From an uncultured Clostridia bacterium (GTDB lineage: Bacteria > Bacillota > Clostridia > Christensenellales > UBA1750): a stretch of 64,000 nucleotides of DNA. Positions 9,344-18,331 of this stretch are shown piece by piece; position 1 is the stretch's first letter, and each line of letters begins with the position of its first letter. Made by a program: the position numbers and the translations under genes. The stretch spans positions 2,222-66,221 of the forward strand of contig CANQPP010000008.1 in assembly GCA_947625765.1 (NCBI GenBank), written 5' to 3'. A model generated the notes under the pieces. That model was not told the origin of the DNA, searched no databases, and worked only from the letters and a program-made list of their open reading frames with translations.

Positions 9344-10693
9344 ATGCAGGCAGCGGACAAGCCCATCGCGGCCATCGCCACGGCGCCGGGGCTTTCGGGC
9401 ATCGCCATCGTGCGTGTGTCCGGGCCGGGGGCGCTGGAGGCGGCGCGGCGGGTGTTCCACAAGAAGGCAAAGGGGCCCTATGAGAGCCACCGGCTCTATT
9501 ACGGCCGGGCCATGGAGGAGAACACGCCCATCGACGAAGCCATGGGCGTATATTTTCGCGCCCCGCGCAGCTACACCGGCGAGGACGTGTTCGAGGTGCA
9601 GTGCCACGGGGGCGGCGTGGCGGCGCGCTCGGTGCTGGCCGCCCTGCTCAAGGCGGGCTGCCGCCTGGCCGAGCCGGGGGAGTTCACCAAGCGGGCCTTC
9701 CTGAACGGACGGCTGCGCCTGGACGAGGCCGAGGCCGTGATGGACCTGATCGCGGCGTCCAGCGAGGCCGCGGCCCGCAGCGCCTATGCCCGGATGAACG
9801 GGGCGCTGACCCGGCAGCTGGGGCCGCTGGAGGAGGAGCTGCTGGACATGGCGGCCTCCCTGGAGGCGCTGCTGGAATACCCGGACGAGGACGTGGAGGA
9901 AAAAACCGTCCGCGAAACGCTGGGCGGGCTGGAGCCCGCGATCCAAAAGCTGGAAAATGCCATACGCGGCGCGCGGGCGGCGGAGAAGCTGCGGCAGGGC
10001 GTGCGGGTGGTGCTGTTCGGGGAGCCGAACGCGGGCAAGTCCTCGCTGCTGAACGCGCTGCTGTTGCGGGAGCGGGCCATCGTGACCGAGCTGCCCGGCA
10101 CCACGCGGGACGTTTTGCGGGAGGAGATGAGCATCCGCGGCCTGCCGGTGGTGCTCTCGGACACCGCGGGGCTGCGGGAAGCGCGGGACCGGGCCGAGGA
10201 AATGGGCGTTAAGCTGAGCCGGACGGAGCTTATGCAGGCGGACGTCGCCCTGCTGGTGCTGGATGCCTCGACGGAAAGCCTGCCGGGATTGCCGCCCTTT
10301 ACCTGCCCGCTGCTCGTGTGCATGAACAAGAGCGACCTAAAACAGGCGCTGGATGAGAAAGAAGTGCTCAAGGCCTACAAGCCGGCGGCGCTCCTGCACA
10401 CGAGCGCCGTAAGCGGCGAGGGGCTGGAGAAACTCAAGGATGCCCTGTACCGGCAGGCGGTGCGCCTGACGGACGGGGAGGCCGCGGGCCTGGCCGGGGA
10501 ACGGCAAGAGGAGCTGGCCAAGGAGGCGCTCGCCGCCCTGACGGACGCGCGGGAGGCCCTCGGCCAAGGCACGCTGGACATGGCGGCCATCGCCATCAGG
10601 CAGGGCTATGCCTCCCTTTGCGCCATCTTCGGCAAAGATGCGGACGAGAGCGTGATCGACCGCATCTTCCAGAAGTTCTGTTTGGGAAAGTAG
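9344..10693 (+). CDS. mnmE: tRNA modification GTPase MnmE
   Basis: IAAIATAPG...IVRVSG, G-domain GEPNAGKSSLLNAL and the C-terminal FCLGK motif. ATG 9344 follows AAAGGAGAAGGG. Confidence 0.95.
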   Translation: MQAADKPIAAIATAPGLSGIAIVRVSGPGALEAARRVFHKKAKGPYESHRLYYGRAMEENTPIDEAMGVYFRAPRSYTGEDVFEVQCHGGGVAARSVLAALLKAGCRLAEPGEFTKRAFLNGRLRLDEAEAVMDLIAASSEAAARSAYARMNGALTRQLGPLEEELLDMAASLEALLEYPDEDVEEKTVRETLGGLEPAIQKLENAIRGARAAEKLRQGVRVVLFGEPNAGKSSLLNALLLRERAIVTELPGTTRDVLREEMSIRGLPVVLSDTAGLREARDRAEEMGVKLSRTELMQADVALLVLDASTESLPGLPPFTCPLLVCMNKSDLKQALDEKEVLKAYKPAALLHTSAVSGEGLEKLKDALYRQAVRLTDGEAAGLAGERQEELAKEALAALTDAREALGQGTLDMAAIAIRQGYASLCAIFGKDADESVIDRIFQKFCLGK

Positions 10694-10737
10694 CCGACCC
10701 GCTTATAAGGCAGCGTGACCACTGCGGGGGGGAAACC

Positions 10738-10777
10738 GGGAGGGAAGGAGGGAGAGGCTCCCCCCTCCTTCCCTCCC
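10738..10777. repeat. perfect 15-bp inverted repeat with polypurine/polypyrimidine arms
   Basis: GGGAGGGAAGGAGGG (10738-10752), a 10-nt loop, then CCCTCCTTCCCTCCC (10763-10777). It lies 45 nt after the mnmE stop. Confidence 0.9.
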
Positions 10778-10915
10778 GGACCCTCCTTTTCTCCTCCCGC
10801 GCTCCCAAGGGGCGTTTCTTCTAATATAGAGGGGCTGGCTTTTCCCTTCTTCCGCCTGCGGAGATCGCAGGCGGCATCTGACCTTCAAGGAAATGATCAG
10901 CGGAGGTTTAACAGA

Positions 10916-11362
10916 ATGAGAGCGCCATTTGAGATCTTGGCAATCCCTTTCAGAAAAATATCTTCGCAAGAGATGGAGTTTTGTGTTTTTCATCGCGCGG
11001 ACTTCGACCAGTGGCAGTTTGTTTCCGGCGGCGGCGAGGATGAGGAAACGCCGACAGAGGCGGCGAAAAGAGAAATTTGGGAAGAAACGGGGATAAAGAC
11101 AAACAGCATTATAAAGCTGACATCCATGACATATATCCCCGCAAATATTTTCCTGGAGCGATACCGAAAATATTGGGCAAAAAACACCTATGTTATTCCC
11201 GAATACCACTTCGCGTTTGAATGTGTTTCAGACATAAAGTTATCCGATGAACACATCGGCTGCGAGTGGCTGCGTTATGAAGACGCTCTGGCGCGCCTTA
11301 CTTGGGATTCCAACAAAACAGCTTTGTATGAATTGCGCTGCCGATTGCTTGAAAGAGCTTAA
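10916..11362 (+). CDS. NUDIX hydrolase
   Basis: NUDIX box GGGEDEETPTEAAKREIWEETG. ATG 10916 follows GGAGG. The gene is visibly AT-richer than its flanks. Confidence 0.8.
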   Translation: MRAPFEILAIPFRKISSQEMEFCVFHRADFDQWQFVSGGGEDEETPTEAAKREIWEETGIKTNSIIKLTSMTYIPANIFLERYRKYWAKNTYVIPEYHFAFECVSDIKLSDEHIGCEWLRYEDALARLTWDSNKTALYELRCRLLERA

Positions 11363-11442
11363 AACCGGTAAAGAAAGATGGTTTGCTTGTATTAAAGTCA
11401 ACAAAAGACCCATCATTTTTATGGAGGATACAGGAAACGGAT

Positions 11443-13320
11443 ATGGACCAGAGCTTTGCGGCAAGGGAATACGACGCGGTGGTGATCGGCGCGGGGCACG
11501 CGGGCTGCGAGGCAGCCCTGGCGCTGGCCCGGATGGGGCTGGAGACGCTGCTGCTGACGCTGAACCTGGACGCCGTGGCCATGATGCCCTGCAACCCGTC
11601 CATCGGCGGCACGGCCAAGGGGCACCTGGTGCGGGAGGTGGACGCGCTGGGCGGCGAGATGGGCCGCGCCATCGACGATACCTACCTGCAGAGCCGGATG
11701 CTGAACACGGGCAAGGGGCCGGCGGTGCACTCCCTGCGCGCCCAGGCGGACAAGAAGGCGTATCAAAAGCGGATGCTGCGCGCGCTGCTGGAGCAGGAGA
11801 GACTGACACTGCGCCAGGGAGAGGCCAGCCGGATCCTTTTGGACGGACAGGGCCGCGTGCGGGCGGTGCGCACCCGCACGGGCGGGGAATACGCCTGCCG
11901 GGCTGTGGTGGCGACCACGGGCGTGTACCTAAAGTCGCGGGTCATCATCGGGGAAACGATGCTGGAGCAGGGGCCCTCGGGCCTGTTCCCGGCCACGGAG
12001 CTGAGCCGGGACCTGACGGAGCTGGGCTTTAGCCTGCGCCGCTTTAAGACCGGCACCCCGGCGCGGGTGGACATACGCACCGTGGACCTTTCCAAGTTGG
12101 AGCGACAGGACGGCGACGTGCCGCCCACGCCCTTCTCCTTCCTGAGCGGGGACATCTCCCGGCCGCAGCTGCCCTGCTATCTGGGCTACACCAACGAGCG
12201 CACCCACGAGATCATACGCCGCAACCTGCACCGGGCGCCCATGTATTCCGGCGCGCTGCACTCCACGGGCACGCGCTACTGCCCTTCCATCGAGGACAAG
12301 GTGGTGCGCTTCCCGGACAGGGACCGGCACCCACTGTTCCTGGAGCCGGAGGGGGAGAACAGCCCCGAATGGTACGTGCAGGGCATGTCCACCTCCATGC
12401 CGGAGGAGGTGCAGTACGAGATCTACTGCTCCATGGCGGGGTTCGAGCGCGTGGAGTTCCTGCGTCTCGCCTACGCCATCGAGTACGACTGCATCGACCC
12501 GCTGGAGCTGGACGGGTGCTTAAGCTCCCGGCGCATCCCGGGGCTGTACTTTGCCGGGCAGATCAACGGCACCTCCGGCTACGAGGAGGCCGCCGCGCAG
12601 GGCATCTACGCGGGGATCAACGCGGCGCTGTTCCTAAAAGGGCAGGAGCCGCTGCGCCTGACGCGGGCGGACGCCTACATAGGCGTTTTGGTGGATGACC
12701 TTACGAGCAAGGGCACCAACGAGCCCTACCGCATGATGACCGCGCGGGCGGAGTACCGCCTGCTGCTGCGCCAGGACAACGCCGACCTCCGGCTGACGGA
12801 GCGCGCCTACCGGGCGGGATTGGCCTCACGGGAGCGGTACGAGAAGATGTTGAAGAAGCGGCAGGAGACGGAGGCGCTCATGGAGGCGCTCAAAAACACG
12901 CGCCTGCCCGCGGAGGCGGCCGCAAGGCTCACCGGGCAGGAGGAAAAGGGGCCCTCCAGCGCGTACATGCTGCTAAAGCGCGACAATATACACGTTTCCG
13001 ACCTGCGGCGGGAGGCGGAGCTGCCCATCTCCTCCCCGGAGGCGGAGGAGCAGGCGGAGATCGAGGCGCGGTACGAGGGGTACCTAACGCGCCAGAACGC
13101 GCAGGTGGAGCAGTTCCGCCGCTCGGAGGCGCTGCGGCTGCCGCCGGACCTTGACTTTATGGCCATGACGAACCTTAGGATCGAGGCGCGGCAGAAGCTG
13201 ACCGCCCTCCGGCCGGAAACGCTAGGCGCGGCCTCGCGCATCTCCGGCGTGTCGCCTGGGGACATCGCCGTGCTGCTGGTGGAATTGGAGCGGCGGCGCA
13301 GAAGGGAGGCCGGGGAATGA
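11443..13320 (+). CDS. mnmG: tRNA uridine 5-carboxymethylaminomethyl modification enzyme MnmG
   Basis: YDAVVIGAGHAGCEAALA FAD motif and a full-length GidA-like sequence. ATG 11443 follows GGAGGA. Confidence 0.95.
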   Translation: MDQSFAAREYDAVVIGAGHAGCEAALALARMGLETLLLTLNLDAVAMMPCNPSIGGTAKGHLVREVDALGGEMGRAIDDTYLQSRMLNTGKGPAVHSLRAQADKKAYQKRMLRALLEQERLTLRQGEASRILLDGQGRVRAVRTRTGGEYACRAVVATTGVYLKSRVIIGETMLEQGPSGLFPATELSRDLTELGFSLRRFKTGTPARVDIRTVDLSKLERQDGDVPPTPFSFLSGDISRPQLPCYLGYTNERTHEIIRRNLHRAPMYSGALHSTGTRYCPSIEDKVVRFPDRDRHPLFLEPEGENSPEWYVQGMSTSMPEEVQYEIYCSMAGFERVEFLRLAYAIEYDCIDPLELDGCLSSRRIPGLYFAGQINGTSGYEEAAAQGIYAGINAALFLKGQEPLRLTRADAYIGVLVDDLTSKGTNEPYRMMTARAEYRLLLRQDNADLRLTERAYRAGLASRERYEKMLKKRQETEALMEALKNTRLPAEAAARLTGQEEKGPSSAYMLLKRDNIHVSDLRREAELPISSPEAEEQAEIEARYEGYLTRQNAQVEQFRRSEALRLPPDLDFMAMTNLRIEARQKLTALRPETLGAASRISGVSPGDIAVLLVELERRRRREAGE

Positions 13321-14027
13321 CGACGTTCACGGAGGCGCTTCTGGAAGGCGCAAAGCGGATGGAGATTGAGCTGGACCCCGCCGCCGCTGAGCGGATGGAG
13401 GCCTTCCACAGGCTTTTGCAGGAGAAAAACAGGGTGATGAACCTGACCGCCGTGACCGAGGACGGCGAGGCCCTGCGCGTCCACTACCTGGACAGCCTAG
13501 CCCCGCTGGGCCTGGGGCTTGTGCGCGGGGATGAGCGCCTGGCCGACGTGGGCACGGGCGCGGGCTTTCCGGGGATGCCGCTTTTGATCGCGCGGCCCAC
13601 TTTGCAAGTCTGCTTCGTGGACAGCCTGCAGAAGCGGCTGAACTTCATCCAAGAGGCGCTGGAGGCGCTGGGCTTGCGGGCGGACTGCGTCCACCTGCGG
13701 GCGGAGGACTTTGGCCGCGAGCAAACACACAAGGAGCGCTACGACCTGGCCACGGCGCGGGCGGTGGCGTCCCTGCCGGTGCTGATGGAATACCTGCTGC
13801 CCTGCGTGCGCGTGGGCGGCGCGGCCCTCTGCTGGAAGGGGCCGGGCGTGGAGGAGGAAAAGGCCGACCGGGCCGCCGCGCTGCTGGGCGGCGGGAGGAT
13901 CGACCTTAAGCCCTACGAGCTGCCGGGCGGGGAGTTCCACCACCTGCTGGCGCGTGTAGAGAAGACGCGGCCCACGCCGCCCGCCTACCCGCGGAAGGCG
14001 GGCGTCCCGGCGAAAAAGCCCCTTTAA
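13317..14027 (+). CDS. rsmG: 16S rRNA (guanine527-N7)-methyltransferase RsmG
   Basis: 236 aa with DVGTGAGFPGMPL SAM motif. Its start overlaps the mnmG stop by 4 nt. Confidence 0.9.
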   Translation: MTTFTEALLEGAKRMEIELDPAAAERMEAFHRLLQEKNRVMNLTAVTEDGEALRVHYLDSLAPLGLGLVRGDERLADVGTGAGFPGMPLLIARPTLQVCFVDSLQKRLNFIQEALEALGLRADCVHLRAEDFGREQTHKERYDLATARAVASLPVLMEYLLPCVRVGGAALCWKGPGVEEEKADRAAALLGGGRIDLKPYELPGGEFHHLLARVEKTRPTPPAYPRKAGVPAKKPL

Positions 14028-14045
14028 TAAAGAAGGAGAGGTTTT

Positions 14046-15098
14046 ATGGGCCAGGTAAGCAGCGACCAAAGCCGCCCTGCGCGATGTGATCTTAAACAGC
14101 CAGCACCTGCTGCACAGGAGCGAGAAAAGCGTCGAGCGCATCGTGTCCGACCTCTGCGGCCTGCAGTACGACCCGAACCCTACGATCCAGTTAAACCAGT
14201 ACATCATGCTTTTTGCCCGCAAGCGGGACTTTAAGCCGAGCAGCTGGACCGGGCGGCCTACGAGGAGTTCCGCGTCACGGAGACCTGGACCTTCAAGCGG
14301 AACATGTTCTTCGTCCCGCGGGAGGAATACGCCCTATACAGGCACGCGACGAAGCGCTGGGCGTATCCTTTGAATGGCACAAGTACCGGCGGGAGCACGA
14401 CCAAAATTACAATTTGCCCATCTTCCGCGCCTTTTACAGGCTGTGCCGCCGGGGCGACCTTTTGACCTGCGGCCGGAACCCCGGCGCGTTCCGGGAGCCC
14501 GTCTACATATTGCGGGAAAAGGCGGGCTTCCCCGACTGGACGCAGGCGCCCATCGACGAAAAGCGGGCCGTCCGCTGGGCGGTGGAGAAGCTCATAAAGT
14601 CCTTCGGGATCAGCGACCCCGTCCATATTTCCCACATATCCGGGTACAGGACCGCCGACCTTCTGCCCATCTTCGCCAGCTGGAGGAGGAAGGACAAATC
14701 GAAAGGCTGCTCGGAAAGGTCAGCCGCAGGAGCTACTACATCCATGTCTCGAAAGCACCTTATCTGAACGGGCAGGCGCGGGAAGAGACGCCGGAGTTCA
14801 AGCTCCTCTCGCCCATGGACACGCTCGTGCGGGACAAGGCGTGGCTGGAGGCCTTCTTCGACTACTCCTTCTCCTTTGAGTATTTCAAGAAAAAGGGGAT
14901 GAAGTGGCCCCTTTCCATCCTCGTGGGGAACCGCTTCGTCGGCTTCCTCGGCTGCCGGATGGACTGGAAAAAAGGGAAATTCTTCATCAAGGAGAGGAAC
15001 TACCTCGACCCCGCCTTCGCCGGCCACCCGGGGATCAAGCAGGCCATCCGGGACTTGGCGCCTTCCACAACGCCAGGGAGATCGTGGAGGCGCGGTAA
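14046..15098 (+). pseudogene. frameshifted winged-helix DNA glycosylase-like gene (YcaQ/AlkZ, DUF1006 family)
   Basis: ATG 14046 has a strong AAGGAGAGG RBS. The recognisable protein must be assembled from frames 3>1>3>2>1>3, with switches near 14060-14070, 14236, 14355, 14680 and 15057. The C-terminal part (LLSPMDTLVRDKAWLEAFFDYSFSFEYFKKKGMKWPLSILVGNRFVGFLGCRMDWKK) is typical of this family. Confidence 0.7.
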
Positions 15099-15120
15099 AC
15101 ACACATATACATAAAATTTT

Positions 15121-15148
15121 AAGCGGCCTTCGATCAGGAAGGCCGCTT
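15121..15148. terminator. bidirectional intrinsic terminator
   Basis: AAGCGGCCTTC-gatcag-GAAGGCCGCTT followed by GGCGTTTTTTT, with an A/T run on the other side. Confidence 0.7.
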
Positions 15149-15173
15149 GGCGTTTTTTTGCGGGGCTTTCCGC

Positions 15174-15953
15174 TTACTCCGACAGGAGCATGCGGTCGTT
15201 TTCGATGTTGAACTTTTCCAGCAGGTCGCGGACGGTGAGGTTCTGCTTTTCCTCGCCGCGGATGTCGACCACCACGCGGCCAGCGTCCATCATGATGAGG
15301 CGGTTGCCGTAGCGGATGGCGTTGCGCATGTTGTGGGTGACCATCAGCGTGGTCAGGTGGCTGCCGGAGACGATCTCCTCGGTGAGCTGCAGCACCTTGT
15401 CCGCGGTCTTGGGGTCCAGGGCGGCGGTGTGCTCGTCCAGCAGAAGGAGCTCGGGCTGCTTGAGGGTGGCCATCAGCAGGGTGAGCGCCTGGCGCTGGCC
15501 GCCGGAGAGCAGGCCCACGCGGCTGGTGAGGCGGTCCTCCAGCCCCAGGCCCAGGCTGGCCAGCTTCTCGCGGTACAGCTCCCTTTCCGCGTTGGAGATG
15601 CCGCGGCCCAGGCCGCGCCTCTTTCCGCGGCGGTAGGCGAGGGCCAGGTTCTCCTCGATGCCCATGGTGGCGGCGGTGCCGGTCATGGGGTCCTGGAACA
15701 CGCGGCCCAGATACTTGGCACGCTTGTGCTCGGGCAGGTTGTTAAGGCGCACGCCGTTTAAGATGATGTCGCCCTGGTCGGCGGGGAAGACGCCGGCGAT
15801 GAGGTTGAGCATCGTGGACTTGCCCGCGCCGTTGCCGCCGATGACGGTGACGAAGTCGCCGTCCTGCAGCGTCAGGTCCAGGCCGTCGATGGCGCGCTTC
15901 TCGTTGACGGTGCCGGGGTTGAAGGTCTTATAGAGGTGTTTGAGTTCAAGCAT
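15174..15953 (-). CDS. ABC transporter ATP-binding protein (PF04392-associated importer)
   Basis: Walker A GGNGAGKST, signature LSGGQRQ and Walker B LLLLDEHTAALD. Confidence 0.85.
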   Translation of the reverse strand: MLELKHLYKTFNPGTVNEKRAIDGLDLTLQDGDFVTVIGGNGAGKSTMLNLIAGVFPADQGDIILNGVRLNNLPEHKRAKYLGRVFQDPMTGTAATMGIEENLALAYRRGKRRGLGRGISNAERELYREKLASLGLGLEDRLTSRVGLLSGGQRQALTLLMATLKQPELLLLDEHTAALDPKTADKVLQLTEEIVSGSHLTTLMVTHNMRNAIRYGNRLIMMDAGRVVVDIRGEEKQNLTVRDLLEKFNIENDRMLLSE

Positions 15954-16896
15954 GGGGATCGACCTCCTTCGCGCCGGACTTGCCGGCGGGGCGCAGGTAG
16001 CGGCTCTTCCAATAGGGCACGGCCAGGAACACGGCCACGACCACGGAGGAGAGGAGCTTGAGCAGGTTGGCGTCGATGCCCAGCTGGATGACCACCTGGA
16101 TGACGATGTAATAGATGATGGCGCCCAGGGAGACGGACAGCAGCTTTAAAGCGAAGTTGCGGAAGATGCGGCTGAACACCGCCTCGCCGATGATGACCGC
16201 GGCCAGGCCTATGACGATGGCGCCGCGGCCCATGCTCACGTCCGCAAAGCCCTGGTACTGGCTGAGCAGCGCGCCGGAGAAGGCCACGATGCCGTTGGAG
16301 AGCATAAGGCCGATGATCTTGTTGAACTCGATGTTGACGCCCTGGGCCCGGCTCATGTTGGGGTTGGCGCCGGTGGCACGGATGGAGCAGCCCAGCTCCG
16401 TGCCGAAGAACCAGTACAGCACCGCGATGAGCACCGCCGTGACCAGCAGGCCGGTCACCAGCGGGTTGTGCAGGGCGATCTCCTTGACCCAGCGCAGGGA
16501 GGTGAACAGCTCGTACTTATCCACGTTGATGGCCTGGTTGGCCTTGCCCATGATCTTAAGGTTCACCGAATATAAGGACAGCTGCGTTAAGATACCGGCC
16601 AAAATCGCGGGGATGCCCATGAACGTGTGGAACACGCCGGTCACGAGGCCCGCGAGCACGCCCGCGGCGAAGGCGCCCAGCATGGCGACCCAGACGTTGC
16701 AGCCCATGAGCATCAGCATGATGCAGACGGCGCCGCCGGTGGCCATGGAGCCGTCCACGGTCAGGTCCGCGATGTCCAGCACGCGGAAGGTGATGTAGAC
16801 GCCGATGGCCATCACGCCCCAGATGAGGCCCTGCGACACGGCGCCGGGCAGCGTTCCCGGTACGGTGGCCAGGCGGCCGAGCAAAACAGCAAGCAC
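15946..16896 (-). CDS. ABC transporter permease
   Basis: Polytopic protein. Start reassigned to GTG 16896, 8 nt after GGGGAGG; the longer track ORF to 17013 has no RBS. Confidence 0.8.
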   Translation of the reverse strand: MLAVLLGRLATVPGTLPGAVSQGLIWGVMAIGVYITFRVLDIADLTVDGSMATGGAVCIMLMLMGCNVWVAMLGAFAAGVLAGLVTGVFHTFMGIPAILAGILTQLSLYSVNLKIMGKANQAINVDKYELFTSLRWVKEIALHNPLVTGLLVTAVLIAVLYWFFGTELGCSIRATGANPNMSRAQGVNIEFNKIIGLMLSNGIVAFSGALLSQYQGFADVSMGRGAIVIGLAAVIIGEAVFSRIFRNFALKLLSVSLGAIIYYIVIQVVIQLGIDANLLKLLSSVVVAVFLAVPYWKSRYLRPAGKSGAKEVDPHA

Positions 16897-17107
16897 GAAA
16901 AACGTCCTCCCCTTCGTATGAAGAAATGTATGGGAAAATATGGGTGAGCACCGTCCTTTCCGCGGCCCTAAGCGAAAAAGAAACGCGGAAGGAGGAAGGG
17001 CATAAAGATGCACCTTCCTACATTATAACAAAAATCGCCGGGAAAGTAAGGCCTTTCCCGACGATTTTGTCCTGTTTTTTCGTGAGAGTTTTTGTAAAGC
17101 CCGGTTT

Positions 17108-18067
17108 TTACTCGGCCTCGATGGCTTCATAGCCGTCGGGAACGGTCAGGCCCAGGTCCTCGCAGATGGTGGGGTTGTACTTCTTGGTCGCGGGCGCGTA
17201 CTGGATGGGCATGGTGGAGATGTCAGCCTCGCCCTTCAGGATCTTGGCGGCCATCTCGCCGGTGGCGCAGCCCAGCTCATAGTAGCTGATGGACAGGGCG
17301 GCCACGCCGCAGCCGGAGGCGATGCCTTCCTCGCCGGCGATGACGGGCTTCTTCAGGGGACGGCAGATGTTATCCACGATGCCGGTGTTGCTGGCAACGG
17401 TGTTGTCGGTGGGCACGTACAGCACGTCGCTGGCCTCGGCCGCGGTGGTGCAGACGGCGGACAGATCGTTGGAATCCGCGAAGGCGTACAGGGTGCAGGT
17501 GTAGCCCAGCTTCTCAAGCTCGGCCTTCACCACGTCCACCTGGTACTGGGAGTTTGGCTCGGCGGAGCAGTACAGCAGGCCGACGTTCACCGCGTCGGGG
17601 AACCACTCCTTGACCATGGCGGCCTGCTCGGCCAGAGGGGCCAGGTCGGAGGTGCCGGAGATGTTGCCGCCCACGACGCCGTCAAAGTCGCTCAGCTCCA
17701 GGGCCACGCCGTACTCGGTGATGGAGGTGCCCAGGATGGGGATCTCGTCGGTGGCGGCGGCGGCGGACTGCAGGGCCGTGGTCGCGTTGGCCATGATCAG
17801 GTCCACGCCGTTGGAAACGAAGCTGTTGGCGATGGTGGCGCAGGTGGCGGGGTCATTCTGGGCGTTCTGCAGATCGATGCTCACGGCATCCTCGCCCAGT
17901 TCCGCAGTCAGAGTGTCGATGAAGCCCTGGGTCGCCTGATCCAGAGCGGGGTGCTCCAGCTGCTGGCAGATGCCTACGGTGTAGGTCTCGGGAGCGGGAG
18001 CGCTGCACGCGGCCAGACCGAAGATCATGACGCAGGCGAGCAGCAGGGCGAACAGCTTTTTGCTCAT
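17108..18067 (-). CDS. ABC transporter substrate-binding lipoprotein (ABC_sub_bind / BMP-like family)
   Basis: Lipobox LLACVMIFGLAAC-S, periplasmic-binding fold, first gene of a three-gene operon. Confidence 0.8.
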   Translation of the reverse strand: MSKKLFALLLACVMIFGLAACSAPAPETYTVGICQQLEHPALDQATQGFIDTLTAELGEDAVSIDLQNAQNDPATCATIANSFVSNGVDLIMANATTALQSAAAATDEIPILGTSITEYGVALELSDFDGVVGGNISGTSDLAPLAEQAAMVKEWFPDAVNVGLLYCSAEPNSQYQVDVVKAELEKLGYTCTLYAFADSNDLSAVCTTAAEASDVLYVPTDNTVASNTGIVDNICRPLKKPVIAGEEGIASGCGVAALSISYYELGCATGEMAAKILKGEADISTMPIQYAPATKKYNPTICEDLGLTVPDGYEAIEAE

Positions 18068-18184
18068 TGGGGGATCCTTCTTTCCTTGAAAAATGTATAG
18101 TGTGGGTCGATGCTGGGCGGAGAACAGGCTCCGTCCCGGACGGCGGGAGGCCGCAGCTGCCCGGCCGTCTTTTTTGCTGACCCT

Positions 18185-18213
18185 ATCTTAGCACCGGGAG
18201 GAAAAGAGGTCAA
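18185..18213 (-). promoter_or_regulatory. candidate promoter of the ABC importer operon
   Basis: Minus strand reads TTGACC, 17 nt spacer, TAAGAT, about 115 nt upstream of the start codon. Confidence 0.45.
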
Positions 18214-18267
18214 GAAAAAAGCATGTTGCATATACTTGCATATAAAACTTTAAGTTTATACAACAAG

Positions 18268-18304
18268 GCGCCCGGCCGCGTCTCTTAAGGCAGCGGCCGG
18301 GCGC
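18268..18304. terminator. hairpin downstream of the deacetylase gene
   Basis: Perfect 12-bp stem GCGCCCGGCCGC / GCGGCCGGGCGC. There is a T5 run on the + side and only CTTGTTGT on the - side. Confidence 0.55.
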
Positions 18305-18331
18305 TTTTTGCGGTTTTTGTTCGTTAGAGGC

